DNA of 64,000 bases. Origin: an uncultured Verrucomicrobiota bacterium (GTDB lineage: Bacteria; Verrucomicrobiota; Kiritimatiellia; JAAZAB01). The stretch covers positions 18,820-82,819 of the forward strand of contig CAYXEK010000004.1 in assembly GCA_964463985.1 (NCBI GenBank), written 5' to 3'. Below, in pieces: positions 17,165 through 25,330 of this stretch (positions are counted from its first letter, which is position 1; each line of letters begins with the position of its first letter). Below the pieces are notes generated by a model, which worked only from the letters and a program-made list of their open reading frames with translations, searched no databases and had not been told where the DNA came from. The translations under genes were made by a program, and so were the position numbers.

Positions 17165-17193
17165 AAGCTATACCAAAAAACCTGTGGTTACAA
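17165..17193 (-). promoter_or_regulatory. putative promoter of tRNA-Leu
   Basis: Minus strand TTGTAA, 17 bp, TAGCTT, about 24 bp upstream of the tRNA 5' end. Confidence 0.5.
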
Positions 17194-17217
17194 GCAGAAA
17201 GTTGCCCCGGTCGGGCT

Positions 17218-17588
17218 GGGGGCGCACCTGCGATTAGGTGCAATCAAGCCGGCACAGGCAACACGCTTTCGTTGCTTTCTCAAAGTCTTCTGCCGCGAAG
17301 TGGCTTTGGAGTGCGGCGGCTTGACGCCGCTTTGAAAAGACCGGTCACGATGCAGCCGTCTTCTTTATGCCATCAAGCCGGGTAGCATCCCGCAGGATAC
17401 TCAGACCAGACTGAAGGCTGTAGACTATAGCGGGGTTTAACCTGCAGCCTACAGTCTAATAACCTGCAGCCTTGGCGTTCCTTATGGGACACCTGTGAAG
17501 CCGGGTGATTGTATATAATCCTTGTTGTATCTCCATGCCGCTTGGCGCGCGCCATGCGAAAGCGGCGTCAAGCCGCCGCACTCCAAAG
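17218..17588. repeat. REP/BIME-like composite element, copy A
   Basis: A perfect 30-bp inverted pair: CTTTGGAGTGCGGCGGCTTGACGCCGCTTT (17304-17333) and its reverse complement (17559-17588). The ~85-bp left flank is shared with 21928-22009. Confidence 0.85.
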
Positions 17589-17666
17589 CGGCTTCGCCAC
17601 GAAAGAGCGGCGGCAATCCCCTGGGACTGACTTGCGACCGCCGGCGGCATTTTGCCGGCAATATGC

Positions 17667-17696
17667 TTGACTAACGCCGCGGCTACCGGTTAGTAT
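17667..17696 (+). promoter_or_regulatory. putative sigma70 promoter for the small-peptide/rnd unit
   Basis: TTGACT (17667-17672), 18 bp, TAGTAT (17691-17696). Confidence 0.5.
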
Positions 17697-17753
17697 AAAC
17701 GCCTGTAAACCAGCGCCGCCATTATGCGGCGGAAGCAGCCGTGAACCCGCATT

Positions 17754-17843
17754 ATGTTCAACAACAACCTGATACTGATATTTATCCCCGTGGTGCTGGC
17801 CATCGCCCTGTGGGCGGCATACCATTTTCTGGAACGGAAATGA
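17754..17843 (+). CDS. 29-aa single-TM small protein, translationally coupled to rnd
   Basis: MFNNNLILIFIPVVLAIALWAAYHFLERK*. Its TGA overlaps the rnd ATG (ATGA at 17840-17843). It is below the ORF-track cut-off. Confidence 0.55.
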   Translation: MFNNNLILIFIPVVLAIALWAAYHFLERK

Positions 17844-18994
17844 CCGCGTCCGCCACTCCTTACGAATTGATCCGGTCTCCCGAGCAACTGCGCCTGGCTT
17901 TGCCCCTGCTGGAATCCGCGCCCTCCCTGGCGTTGGATATGGAGATGGAAAACCATTGCCATCTGTACGGCCTGCACATTGCCTTGATCCAACTATCCAC
18001 GCCGGACAACCGGCACTACATCATTGATCCGCTTTCCGGAATCGAACTGCAGCCACTCGGCGCAATTTTCAGCGATCCGGAGCGCCAGTTGATTCTGCAT
18101 GACGCCGATTTCGACCGCCGGGCGGCGCACCAGGTTTACGGCTGGAAACTGCATGGAGTGTTCGACACCAAGATCGCGGCGCAACTGTGCGGGCACCGCA
18201 AATTCGGACTGGGCAATTTGCTGTCGGAATATTTTAACGTCTCCACCAACAAGCGCTTTCAAACCATGAACTGGATGAAGCGGCCCATCTCCGAGGAAGC
18301 CCTGGCTTACGCGGCCGGAGACACATCGCACCTGCACGCCTTGCGCGATAAATTGTCGGCGCGCCTGGCGGAACTGGGGCGCGCTGCCTGGGCGGAAGAG
18401 GAGTTTGACTTCGCGGAACGCCAGGAAATGCGGCTGCCCGCCTCGCCCGCGCATCACCGCATGAAACGCAGCGCGCTGCTTACTCCGCGGCAACTGGCCG
18501 TGCTGGGAGCCCTCTCGGCATTCCGCGACAAACTGGCGCGCCAGGTCAACCGGCCGCTGCATTTCATCATGCGCAATGAAATCCTGCTGGAACTGGCGGC
18601 GCGGCCGCAACTTGACCTGGAATACCTGCGCGGATTGCGCGGCGTGCATCCGATCCTGCGCCAGTCCCATAACCTGGAGAAGCTGCTGGCGGCCTGGCGC
18701 GCCGGACAACAGGCGCGGGAGGAACAGCATCCCGCCCGGGCGCGCCGGCCGCGTTCGGCCCCGAACTACAAAACCCGGTTGAAAGACATGCAGCTTTGGC
18801 GCGCGGCCCTGGCGGAAAAATTCGACCTGGAGCCTTATCTGCTGCTGGATAATGACGTGCTTGGTTGGTGCGCAAATCATCCCCGGCAGGCTCCGACGCC
18901 GGAAATCGCCGCGCTCGTGCGCCGCTGGCAACGCGCGGTCACCTGGCCCGGATTCGCGGAAAAATTCGAGATTGCGTCGCCCCTGCCGGGCTAA
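17840..18994 (+). CDS. rnd: ribonuclease D (DEDDy 3'-5' exonuclease + HRDC)
   Basis: ALDMEME, LIQLS, LHDADFD, FDTKIAAQL, YAAGDT and the HRDC motif RD.LAR..NRP..FIM. Start moved to ATG 17840. Confidence 0.85.
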   Translation: MTASATPYELIRSPEQLRLALPLLESAPSLALDMEMENHCHLYGLHIALIQLSTPDNRHYIIDPLSGIELQPLGAIFSDPERQLILHDADFDRRAAHQVYGWKLHGVFDTKIAAQLCGHRKFGLGNLLSEYFNVSTNKRFQTMNWMKRPISEEALAYAAGDTSHLHALRDKLSARLAELGRAAWAEEEFDFAERQEMRLPASPAHHRMKRSALLTPRQLAVLGALSAFRDKLARQVNRPLHFIMRNEILLELAARPQLDLEYLRGLRGVHPILRQSHNLEKLLAAWRAGQQAREEQHPARARRPRSAPNYKTRLKDMQLWRAALAEKFDLEPYLLLDNDVLGWCANHPRQAPTPEIAALVRRWQRAVTWPGFAEKFEIASPLPG

Positions 18995-20004
18995 ACCAGC
19001 GGCTGCAGCAAATTGTACTTGTAAAGAATCCGCACCATTTCGACATCCAGGGCATGCCCGGACTTGTAGGAAATAACCTGCGCGGCCAGGCGCCCTTCCT
19101 CAACCAGCGCCAGCGCGGCCAGCAAATCCAGCGTGGCGCGGTGCCAGACCGCCTCCAGCGACTTGCCCGCGTGCAGCATTTGCGGTTCATTCAAATACCG
19201 GCGCTTGCCGGCAATCAGGATGTTGCTGTCCGTGTAGCCCAGGTTGCGGATGTCGGCAAACATTTTGCCGATGGTGTGGCAGTACAACTTCATGCCGGCG
19301 GTGGTGTTGGTGCGCGCCGGGGCGCCTTGGCGGAAGATTTGCCGGTTCAAGGTGAAGCGCAGGCGCTGGCGGCCAATGGCATTGGGAAAATCCGTCGCGC
19401 AATCCACCCGCAGCTCCGGGGCGGCGGCCGGCAATAAAGTCAGGAAACTGCCGTTGCCGCCGCCGACTGTCACCGGCTCGGACACGGTCAGCCAAACCGC
19501 CGGCTCGGCGGAAGCGGCCGTGCCGGCCGCTTCCAATGCTTCCACCAAGTCCAGGCTGCCCCGGTCAAACAGGGGCGGATCGCCCGAATCCACGCGGATC
19601 ACCAGGTTGTCAATCTGCATGCCCACCCGCAACGCAATGATATGCTCCACCATGCGCATGTAATTGTGCGGCGAACCGCTGCGCAGAACAATATTGCGCG
19701 CGGTAGTCCAGACATTGCGCACGGACACCCGGATCGGCAGCGAACCCGGCAGGTCGCGCCGCTCAAACCACCAGCCCGGCCGGTGGGACGGCTCAAAAAC
19801 CAGGGTCCGCTGTTCCTTGCCGAAAAACGTTCCGGGGCCGCTGACGGATTGACTGCGGGAGATCGTGGTCTGGCAGGATTCCACCGGGTCGGGCGGAACG
19901 GAAGAAAGATCCAAATCCACCGGCTGGCGCGCCCATTTGTCATAAGCGCGCCGGACGTCATCAATCACGCCATGCAATACCAGCCCAAACGGTTCATCGG
20001 ACAT
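18991..20004 (-). CDS. lpxC: divergent UDP-3-O-acyl-GlcNAc deacetylase
   Basis: QTTI....VSGPG.F.G, MVEHIIAL..G..IDNL, PPLFDRGS, ARTN, HRATLDLLAAL, and KSGHALD. Confidence 0.75.
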   Translation of the reverse strand: MSDEPFGLVLHGVIDDVRRAYDKWARQPVDLDLSSVPPDPVESCQTTISRSQSVSGPGTFFGKEQRTLVFEPSHRPGWWFERRDLPGSLPIRVSVRNVWTTARNIVLRSGSPHNYMRMVEHIIALRVGMQIDNLVIRVDSGDPPLFDRGSLDLVEALEAAGTAASAEPAVWLTVSEPVTVGGGNGSFLTLLPAAAPELRVDCATDFPNAIGRQRLRFTLNRQIFRQGAPARTNTTAGMKLYCHTIGKMFADIRNLGYTDSNILIAGKRRYLNEPQMLHAGKSLEAVWHRATLDLLAALALVEEGRLAAQVISYKSGHALDVEMVRILYKYNLLQPLV

Positions 20005-20061
20005 AATGCAATTCCTTGCCTGAAGCGGCGCGCCGGGCCGGCGCGCCCGGGGGCATCCTGG

Positions 20062-21708
20062 TCAAATGGTCACCAGCGGCGGATCATAGTCTTCCGGTGG
20101 AATGAAACCAAGCAAAGCCAGGCAGGTAGCCGCCAGACTGCTGATTCCCAGGTCCTGGCGCTCAGCCAGCCGCCAAGGGCTGTCCGGCGCGGGATCGTAA
20201 ACATGCACCGGCACGGGGTTGAGCGAATGGCTGGTCTTGGCCTTGGGCCGACCCGTATCCGGGTTGAGGATCACCGCGCCTTTTTTATCGTGTTCGTACA
20301 TATCGTCAGCATTGCCGTGATCGGCGGAAACCACCAGTATCCCCCGGGCGGCGCGCACGGCATCCATCAGCCGCGCCAGGCAGAGGTCCACCGTTTCCAC
20401 CGCAATCTGGGCAGCCTGGTAAACGCCGGTATGTCCCACCATGTCGCCGTTGGGATAATTCAACCTGATGAAAGGATACTTGTTGGCGGCGATTTCAACC
20501 GCCACGCGGTCGGTGATCTCGGCGGCTTTCATCCACGGACGTTGTTCAAAGGGTACGCGGTCGGATGGGATTTCCACGTATTCTTCCAGGGCTTCGTCAA
20601 ATTTACCCGACCGGTTGCCGTTAAAGAAATAGGTTACATGACCGAACTTCTGGGTTTCGCTGATCGCCAACTGGCGGACGCCGGCGCGGCACAGCAACTC
20701 GCCCATGGTGCGGCTGATGGACGGGGGACTGACCAGGAAAGACTTTGGGATTTGCAGGTCGCCGTCATACTGCATCATACCGGCGTAACACACCCGGGGG
20801 CGGCGGCCGCGGTCAAATCCATGGAAATCATCATCTTCAAAAGCGCGGCTGATTTCAATCCCGCGATCGCCGCGGAAGTTGAAAAAGATCACGCTGTCAT
20901 CATCCTCGACCGGCCCCACCGGCCGGCCGTTTTCGGCGATGACAAACGGCGGCAGGTCCTGGTCAATCACGCCGGGCTGAGCCTGGCGATGCGCCTGGAT
21001 CGCCGCGCGGGCGGAGGGAAACTGCGGGCCCCGGGCATGCACATGGATATCCCACCCGAGTTGGACCATGCCCCAGTCGGCATTGTAGCGGTCCATGGTA
21101 ATCCGCATCCGCCCGCCGCCGGACGCGATACGGTAATCCACGCCGCCAACATTGAGTTCCGCCAGAAATTTTTCAAATGGATCAACATAATCCAGGGCGG
21201 AAGTCTCGCCGACATCGCGGCCGTCCAGCAGGATATGCACCCGCGCGCGGCGGACGCCTTCCTGACGGGCCTGGCGCAGCATGGCGCGCAAATGGTCAAG
21301 ATGGCTGTGGACGTTGCCATCCGAAAACAAGCCGATAAAATGGAGGGTGGACTTGCGGGAGAGGCAGTTTTCAATCAAACCGCGCCAGACTTTCCCGCGG
21401 TACAGGTCGCCCGATTCAATGGCGGCATTCACCAGCATCGCGCCCTGGTCAAAAACGCGGCCGCACCCGATGGCATTATGGCCAACCTCGCTGTTGCCCA
21501 TGTCGCCATCGGAAGGCAAGCCGACCGCGCGCCCATGGGCCTTCAGGCGTCTGGTCAAGGCGTGCTGCGCCAGCCAATCCAGTTGCGGCGTCAACGCCGA
21601 GCGCACGGCGTCGCCCTCGGGATATTTGCCGATGCCTACGCCATCCATGATTGCCAGCACCACCGGACCCTTCGGCCCGGCCGCGCCGGATTTTTTCAGA
21701 TTTTCCAT
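20062..21708 (-). CDS. gpmI: 2,3-bisphosphoglycerate-independent phosphoglycerate mutase
   Basis: LAIMDGVG, GDMGNSEVGH, FSDGNVHSH, NFRGDR, SETQKFGHVT, NGDMVGHTG and ADHGNAD; AGGAGG RBS before ATG 21708. Confidence 0.96.
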   Translation of the reverse strand: MENLKKSGAAGPKGPVVLAIMDGVGIGKYPEGDAVRSALTPQLDWLAQHALTRRLKAHGRAVGLPSDGDMGNSEVGHNAIGCGRVFDQGAMLVNAAIESGDLYRGKVWRGLIENCLSRKSTLHFIGLFSDGNVHSHLDHLRAMLRQARQEGVRRARVHILLDGRDVGETSALDYVDPFEKFLAELNVGGVDYRIASGGGRMRITMDRYNADWGMVQLGWDIHVHARGPQFPSARAAIQAHRQAQPGVIDQDLPPFVIAENGRPVGPVEDDDSVIFFNFRGDRGIEISRAFEDDDFHGFDRGRRPRVCYAGMMQYDGDLQIPKSFLVSPPSISRTMGELLCRAGVRQLAISETQKFGHVTYFFNGNRSGKFDEALEEYVEIPSDRVPFEQRPWMKAAEITDRVAVEIAANKYPFIRLNYPNGDMVGHTGVYQAAQIAVETVDLCLARLMDAVRAARGILVVSADHGNADDMYEHDKKGAVILNPDTGRPKAKTSHSLNPVPVHVYDPAPDSPWRLAERQDLGISSLAATCLALLGFIPPEDYDPPLVTI

Positions 21709-21803
21709 ATCGCCGCCTCCTGCCATGCTTTAAAAAACTGAGTGTTACAGGATACACTGACCGGCGCCAAATGAAAACATTTTTTATCCCCGGAAAGAAT
21801 TTC

Positions 21804-22009
21804 GGGGCGCATCTGCGATTAGGTTTATTCGGCGAAGCGCAACTTTTTGGAGTGCGTCCGGCTACGCCGGATTTTGCTGGTTAAACGCAAGCCTGTAAAA
21901 GCGCAGTCGGGCCTGCGCACTCCAAAGCCGCTTCGCGGCAGAAGACTGCGCGAAAGCAACGAAAGCATGTTGCCTGCGCCGGCTTGATTGCACCGAATCG
22001 CAGGCGCCC
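21804..22009. repeat. REP/BIME-like composite element, copy B
   Basis: Facing GGAG-hairpins TTTGGAGTGCG-TCCGG-CTACG-CCGGA-TTTT (21846-21875) and the reverse complement of CTTTGGAGTGCGCAG-GCCCGA-CTGCGC-TTT (21898-21927). 21928-22009 is an inverted near-copy of 17219-17303. Confidence 0.85.
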
Positions 22010-22091
22010 GAATTTCGCCGGACGCGGATTTGCATTGCCTGGCGCGGGATAAATGTTATGATTGAGTCGCTTAAAAAGGCAAGGAGCATCC

Positions 22092-22274
22092 ATGCATAAA
22101 AAAATGATTGCCGCACTGGCGATATTGCTGCTGACAGCCCTGGTGCTGGTGTTCAACGCCAAGGGACCGGAAGTTGAAGTCAATTTGATTTTCACTGCCA
22201 TACAGGGGATCAAGTCCATCGTGTTTCTCGGCTTTATCGCCGTCGGCGTGGCCATCGGCCTGCTGTTAAAATGA
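22092..22274 (+). CDS. small two-TM membrane protein (LapA/DUF1049-like topology)
   Basis: AAGGAG RBS; TM-N..EV.VNLIF-TM pattern; ATGA overlap with the next gene. Confidence 0.65.
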   Translation: MHKKMIAALAILLLTALVLVFNAKGPEVEVNLIFTAIQGIKSIVFLGFIAVGVAIGLLLK

Positions 22275-23308
22275 GCGCGGATGCCGAATTCCTGGAACGT
22301 CTGCAAGCGGTCCTGCCAGCCCGCGGACGGGTATGGATCATTACCCACGATTATCCCGATCCCGACGCCCTGGCCTCGGCCGCCGCCCTGCAATTACTCC
22401 TGCGGAAACGCTGGCAACTCAACGGACGGATTGTTTTCCGCGGCGGCGTGTCCCGCCCGGAAAACCGGGAATTGCTCCGGCATTTCCGCTATCGCACCGA
22501 CTCCGACCTGAAAACCGCGCCGGGCGGCCGGCCCCAGCCGGCGATTTTCACTGATGTTCTGCCGTGGGGCGGCAATGTGACACTGCCCGCCGGCTTCCGG
22601 CCGGTAGCGGTTTTCGACCATCACCTGCGGCTGGCCCGCCGCTCCGCGCCGCCCGCCGGCCTGCTGTTGGACATCCATCCCAACCTGGGCGCCACGACCA
22701 CCCGCCTGCATGAACTGCTGGCAGCGGCGCAAATTGCTCCGCCGCCCTGGCTGGCGACCATCATGGCTTATGCCATTGCCACGGAAACCATGGAATTCAC
22801 CCATGGCGCCACCGCGCGGGACATTGCCGCGCACACGGCGTTGCTGGCGGGATGCAACCTGCGGCTGCTGGGACGCATCCGGCAGGCCCCGCTTCCGCGG
22901 GAATATTATGCCTTCCTGGCTGAAGGCATGCGCCAGGCGCGCACCTACCGCAGCGTCGCCTGGTCCCACCTGGCGGAAACGCCCCAACCCGAAATCGTGG
23001 CGGAACTGGCCGACCTGCTGTTGCGCATGGAACGGATCAGCTGGGCATTCTGCACCGCCGGCATGGGCGACCGCCTGCTGGTTTCCATCCGCAGCAAAAC
23101 CGGAGCGGATTGCGGCCGGTATTTGCGCAGGATAACCCGGCGCCGGACGGGGTCCTTCGGGGGGCACAGCCATGCCGCCGCGGGGTATCTTGATTTAACC
23201 GGTCTGGCGCCTGACCAGCGCGTTCAATGCAAAAATGACCTGGTGGAAGATTTGGTAACCGGATTAACCGGCCAGACCGGCAATGACGCCCGGCAACTGG
23301 TTGAATGA
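22271..23308 (+). CDS. DHH/DHHA1 phosphoesterase (NrnA-like)
   Basis: THDYPDPDALAS, TD, FDHH, TET and GGH.HAAAG motifs. Confidence 0.9.
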   Translation: MSADAEFLERLQAVLPARGRVWIITHDYPDPDALASAAALQLLLRKRWQLNGRIVFRGGVSRPENRELLRHFRYRTDSDLKTAPGGRPQPAIFTDVLPWGGNVTLPAGFRPVAVFDHHLRLARRSAPPAGLLLDIHPNLGATTTRLHELLAAAQIAPPPWLATIMAYAIATETMEFTHGATARDIAAHTALLAGCNLRLLGRIRQAPLPREYYAFLAEGMRQARTYRSVAWSHLAETPQPEIVAELADLLLRMERISWAFCTAGMGDRLLVSIRSKTGADCGRYLRRITRRRTGSFGGHSHAAAGYLDLTGLAPDQRVQCKNDLVEDLVTGLTGQTGNDARQLVE

Positions 23309-23387
23309 CGGCTTATTGACGAGCCGCGCCGGCGTTTCGTGCTGGTGACGCTTGACCGATGCAGCGCAACGGCGGTCCCCGGCTGTC

Positions 23388-24179
23388 TCAGCGCGCGGCC
23401 GGCGGCGCGTCCGGCGCGCTTTCCCGCGCCGATTCATCCGCCGGGGCCGCCAGCACCTGCATGTCCTCGATCCGCAACAGGGTGCGGTGCGACAATCCCA
23501 CGGAGCGCATTTCCAGGTCCTTCACCATCCACTGGCCGTCAATCTTTTTGAAACTGCGGACCATCAGCCGCCGCGCCGGCCGGCCGGCCAGCCAGACTTC
23601 CATCTGCAAAAAAACATGCATTTTTTCATCCACCCACAACCGGCATGTTTCCGGCAGAATGGCGGCGGGATCGTCCGGCGCGGCCGGCGCCGTCCCCGGC
23701 GGCGCCAGTTCCACCACCACGCAATCGCGGCCGCGGAATGTATCGCGTCCGACCATCCGCAACGCGGGCCACCACAGGAAAGACAACATCAAATCGCTCC
23801 AGGTAACATCGGTGGACTGGATGCTGGCATGCGGCGGAGGAAGCTTGTCGGACATCGCCTGCGCGCCCTGGGCATACCGCGCATCCACATCCGCCGGCCC
23901 GTGCCGCAGCACGAACAACTGCTCCAGCAAGCCGCCGAAACTGTCGCGCAGAACATAGTCCGCCGTCATGGGCTGCCGGCTGAAATCCAGCCGGATCTCA
24001 ACGGAATAATCATGTTCGAACCCGCCCTGCAAAGGCCCGCTCCGCAATTGACCGCGCATCAGCACCGGCGCCTGGGGCAGGTTGGCTCGCACTTGGCGCA
24101 TGATCTCCCCGGCGGCGGGCTCCCGGGCATCTTCCGCCGCCCGCAATATTCCGCCGGCAAGCAGCAGCGGCAGCAGCAT
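23388..24179 (-). CDS. exported LolA-like / outer-membrane lipoprotein-sorting protein
   Basis: Hydrophobic signal (MLLPLLLAGGILRAAE); STDVTWSDL, GRDC.VVEL, LWVDE and KKIDGQWMVKDLEM typical of the LolA_like fold. Start uncertain. Confidence 0.65.
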   Translation of the reverse strand: MLLPLLLAGGILRAAEDAREPAAGEIMRQVRANLPQAPVLMRGQLRSGPLQGGFEHDYSVEIRLDFSRQPMTADYVLRDSFGGLLEQLFVLRHGPADVDARYAQGAQAMSDKLPPPHASIQSTDVTWSDLMLSFLWWPALRMVGRDTFRGRDCVVVELAPPGTAPAAPDDPAAILPETCRLWVDEKMHVFLQMEVWLAGRPARRLMVRSFKKIDGQWMVKDLEMRSVGLSHRTLLRIEDMQVLAAPADESARESAPDAPPAAR

Positions 24180-24302
24180 CGCGAGCCGCGCGCCGCCGTG
24201 CCGGTTGCCGGCGTGAGGGATTCGCCCTGATCCGCCAAGGAATGATTGATGTTGCACACTCTTCACAGATGTCCTTATACCGGATACAACACCGGCACCG
24301 AA

Positions 24303-24342
24303 ATCGGTATCGCTACCGGGCGAGCCCGATTGCGATACCGAT
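24303..24342. repeat. hairpin with 11-bp arms in a 6-bp periodic repeat
   Basis: ATCGGTATCGC-tacc-GGGC-ga-GCCC-gatt-GCGATACCGAT. Confidence 0.7.
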
Positions 24343-24382
24343 AGCTATACCGCATAAAATCGAATCTTCATCGGATCAGGCG

Positions 24383-25330
24383 CTAGCCGGTATCCACCAG
24401 GGCAAAACTGATCTCGGCATCCACGGCCAATGCGCCGTTGACGCGGATGGCGCCGCGCGCGCGTCCGGCGCGGCTGCGCAATGAAAGCAGCTGCGCGGTG
24501 ATCAGCAACTGGCAGCCCGGCTGGATTGGCCGGCGGAACCGCACGCGGTCCACGCCCATGAAATAAACCAGTTTGCCGCGGTGCGGCGGCTGCTGCAGGA
24601 TGTAGACTGCGCCGGCCTGGGCCATTGACTCCAGCAGCAGCGATCCGGGCATAACCGGCGGGCCGGGGAAATGCCCCCGGAAGAAAGGCTCGTTGCCGGA
24701 AACATTTTTTACGGCGGTGAGTGTGTCGCCTTCGATCTTCAGGATGGCGTCCACCATGAGCATGGGATGGCGATGGGGTATGATTGACAATATTTTATCG
24801 GCGGTCAGCAGCGGTTCGCCGGCGGCTGCCGGCAGCGGGATGAACGGCGGCGGCATCAAGGGACAGCGGCTGATGGTGATTTCCGCCTGGCAGGCGATTT
24901 GATCGCGCACCGCGGCGGACGCCGAAAACACCGCCGTCCGCGGCCGCAAGGAGCGCAACCGGGCGCGCAATTGGAGCAGATCGCCGGGAATGACCGGGCG
25001 CCGGAACTTGATTTTACGCATGGCGCTAACCATCGGTTCGCCGTTGCCGGGCGCCGCCAGTTGGTGCAGCACCAGACCGGCATTCTGCAACATGGCTTCC
25101 AGGATCAGAACCCCGGGCATAACCGGCCGGCCGGGGAAATGGCCGGGGAAAAAAGGCTCGTCCGCCGCCACGCATTTCCAAGCTTCGCCGCACTGCTCGG
25201 CCGGCAGCCATTGGGCGTAATCCAGCATGAGCATCGGATAACGATGCGGAAGAATCCGCTTGATGGCGGATAAATCGAGCTGGACGGCCCGGTCCCGCCC
25301 GGCGTTGCGGTCAGGTTGCGTGGAATTCAT
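24383..25330 (-). CDS. fabZ: tandem double-hotdog FabZ (3-hydroxyacyl-ACP dehydratase x2)
   Basis: Two copies of the FabZ signature: LPHRYPML..D / FF.GHFP..PVMPGVL.LEAM.Q and IPHRHPML.VD / FFRGHFP..PVMPGSL.LESMAQ. Confidence 0.88.
   Translation of the reverse strand: MNSTQPDRNAGRDRAVQLDLSAIKRILPHRYPMLMLDYAQWLPAEQCGEAWKCVAADEPFFPGHFPGRPVMPGVLILEAMLQNAGLVLHQLAAPGNGEPMVSAMRKIKFRRPVIPGDLLQLRARLRSLRPRTAVFSASAAVRDQIACQAEITISRCPLMPPPFIPLPAAAGEPLLTADKILSIIPHRHPMLMVDAILKIEGDTLTAVKNVSGNEPFFRGHFPGPPVMPGSLLLESMAQAGAVYILQQPPHRGKLVYFMGVDRVRFRRPIQPGCQLLITAQLLSLRSRAGRARGAIRVNGALAVDAEISFALVDTG

Noticed and set aside
17142-17753. Integrase or prophage attached to tRNA-Leu
   Set aside because: No tyrosine or serine recombinase, phage gene or duplicated tRNA end was seen in the window.
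19642-21741. 699-aa plus-strand ORF
   Set aside because: Antisense shadow of gpmI, expected from GC-rich codon bias; no recognisable motifs.
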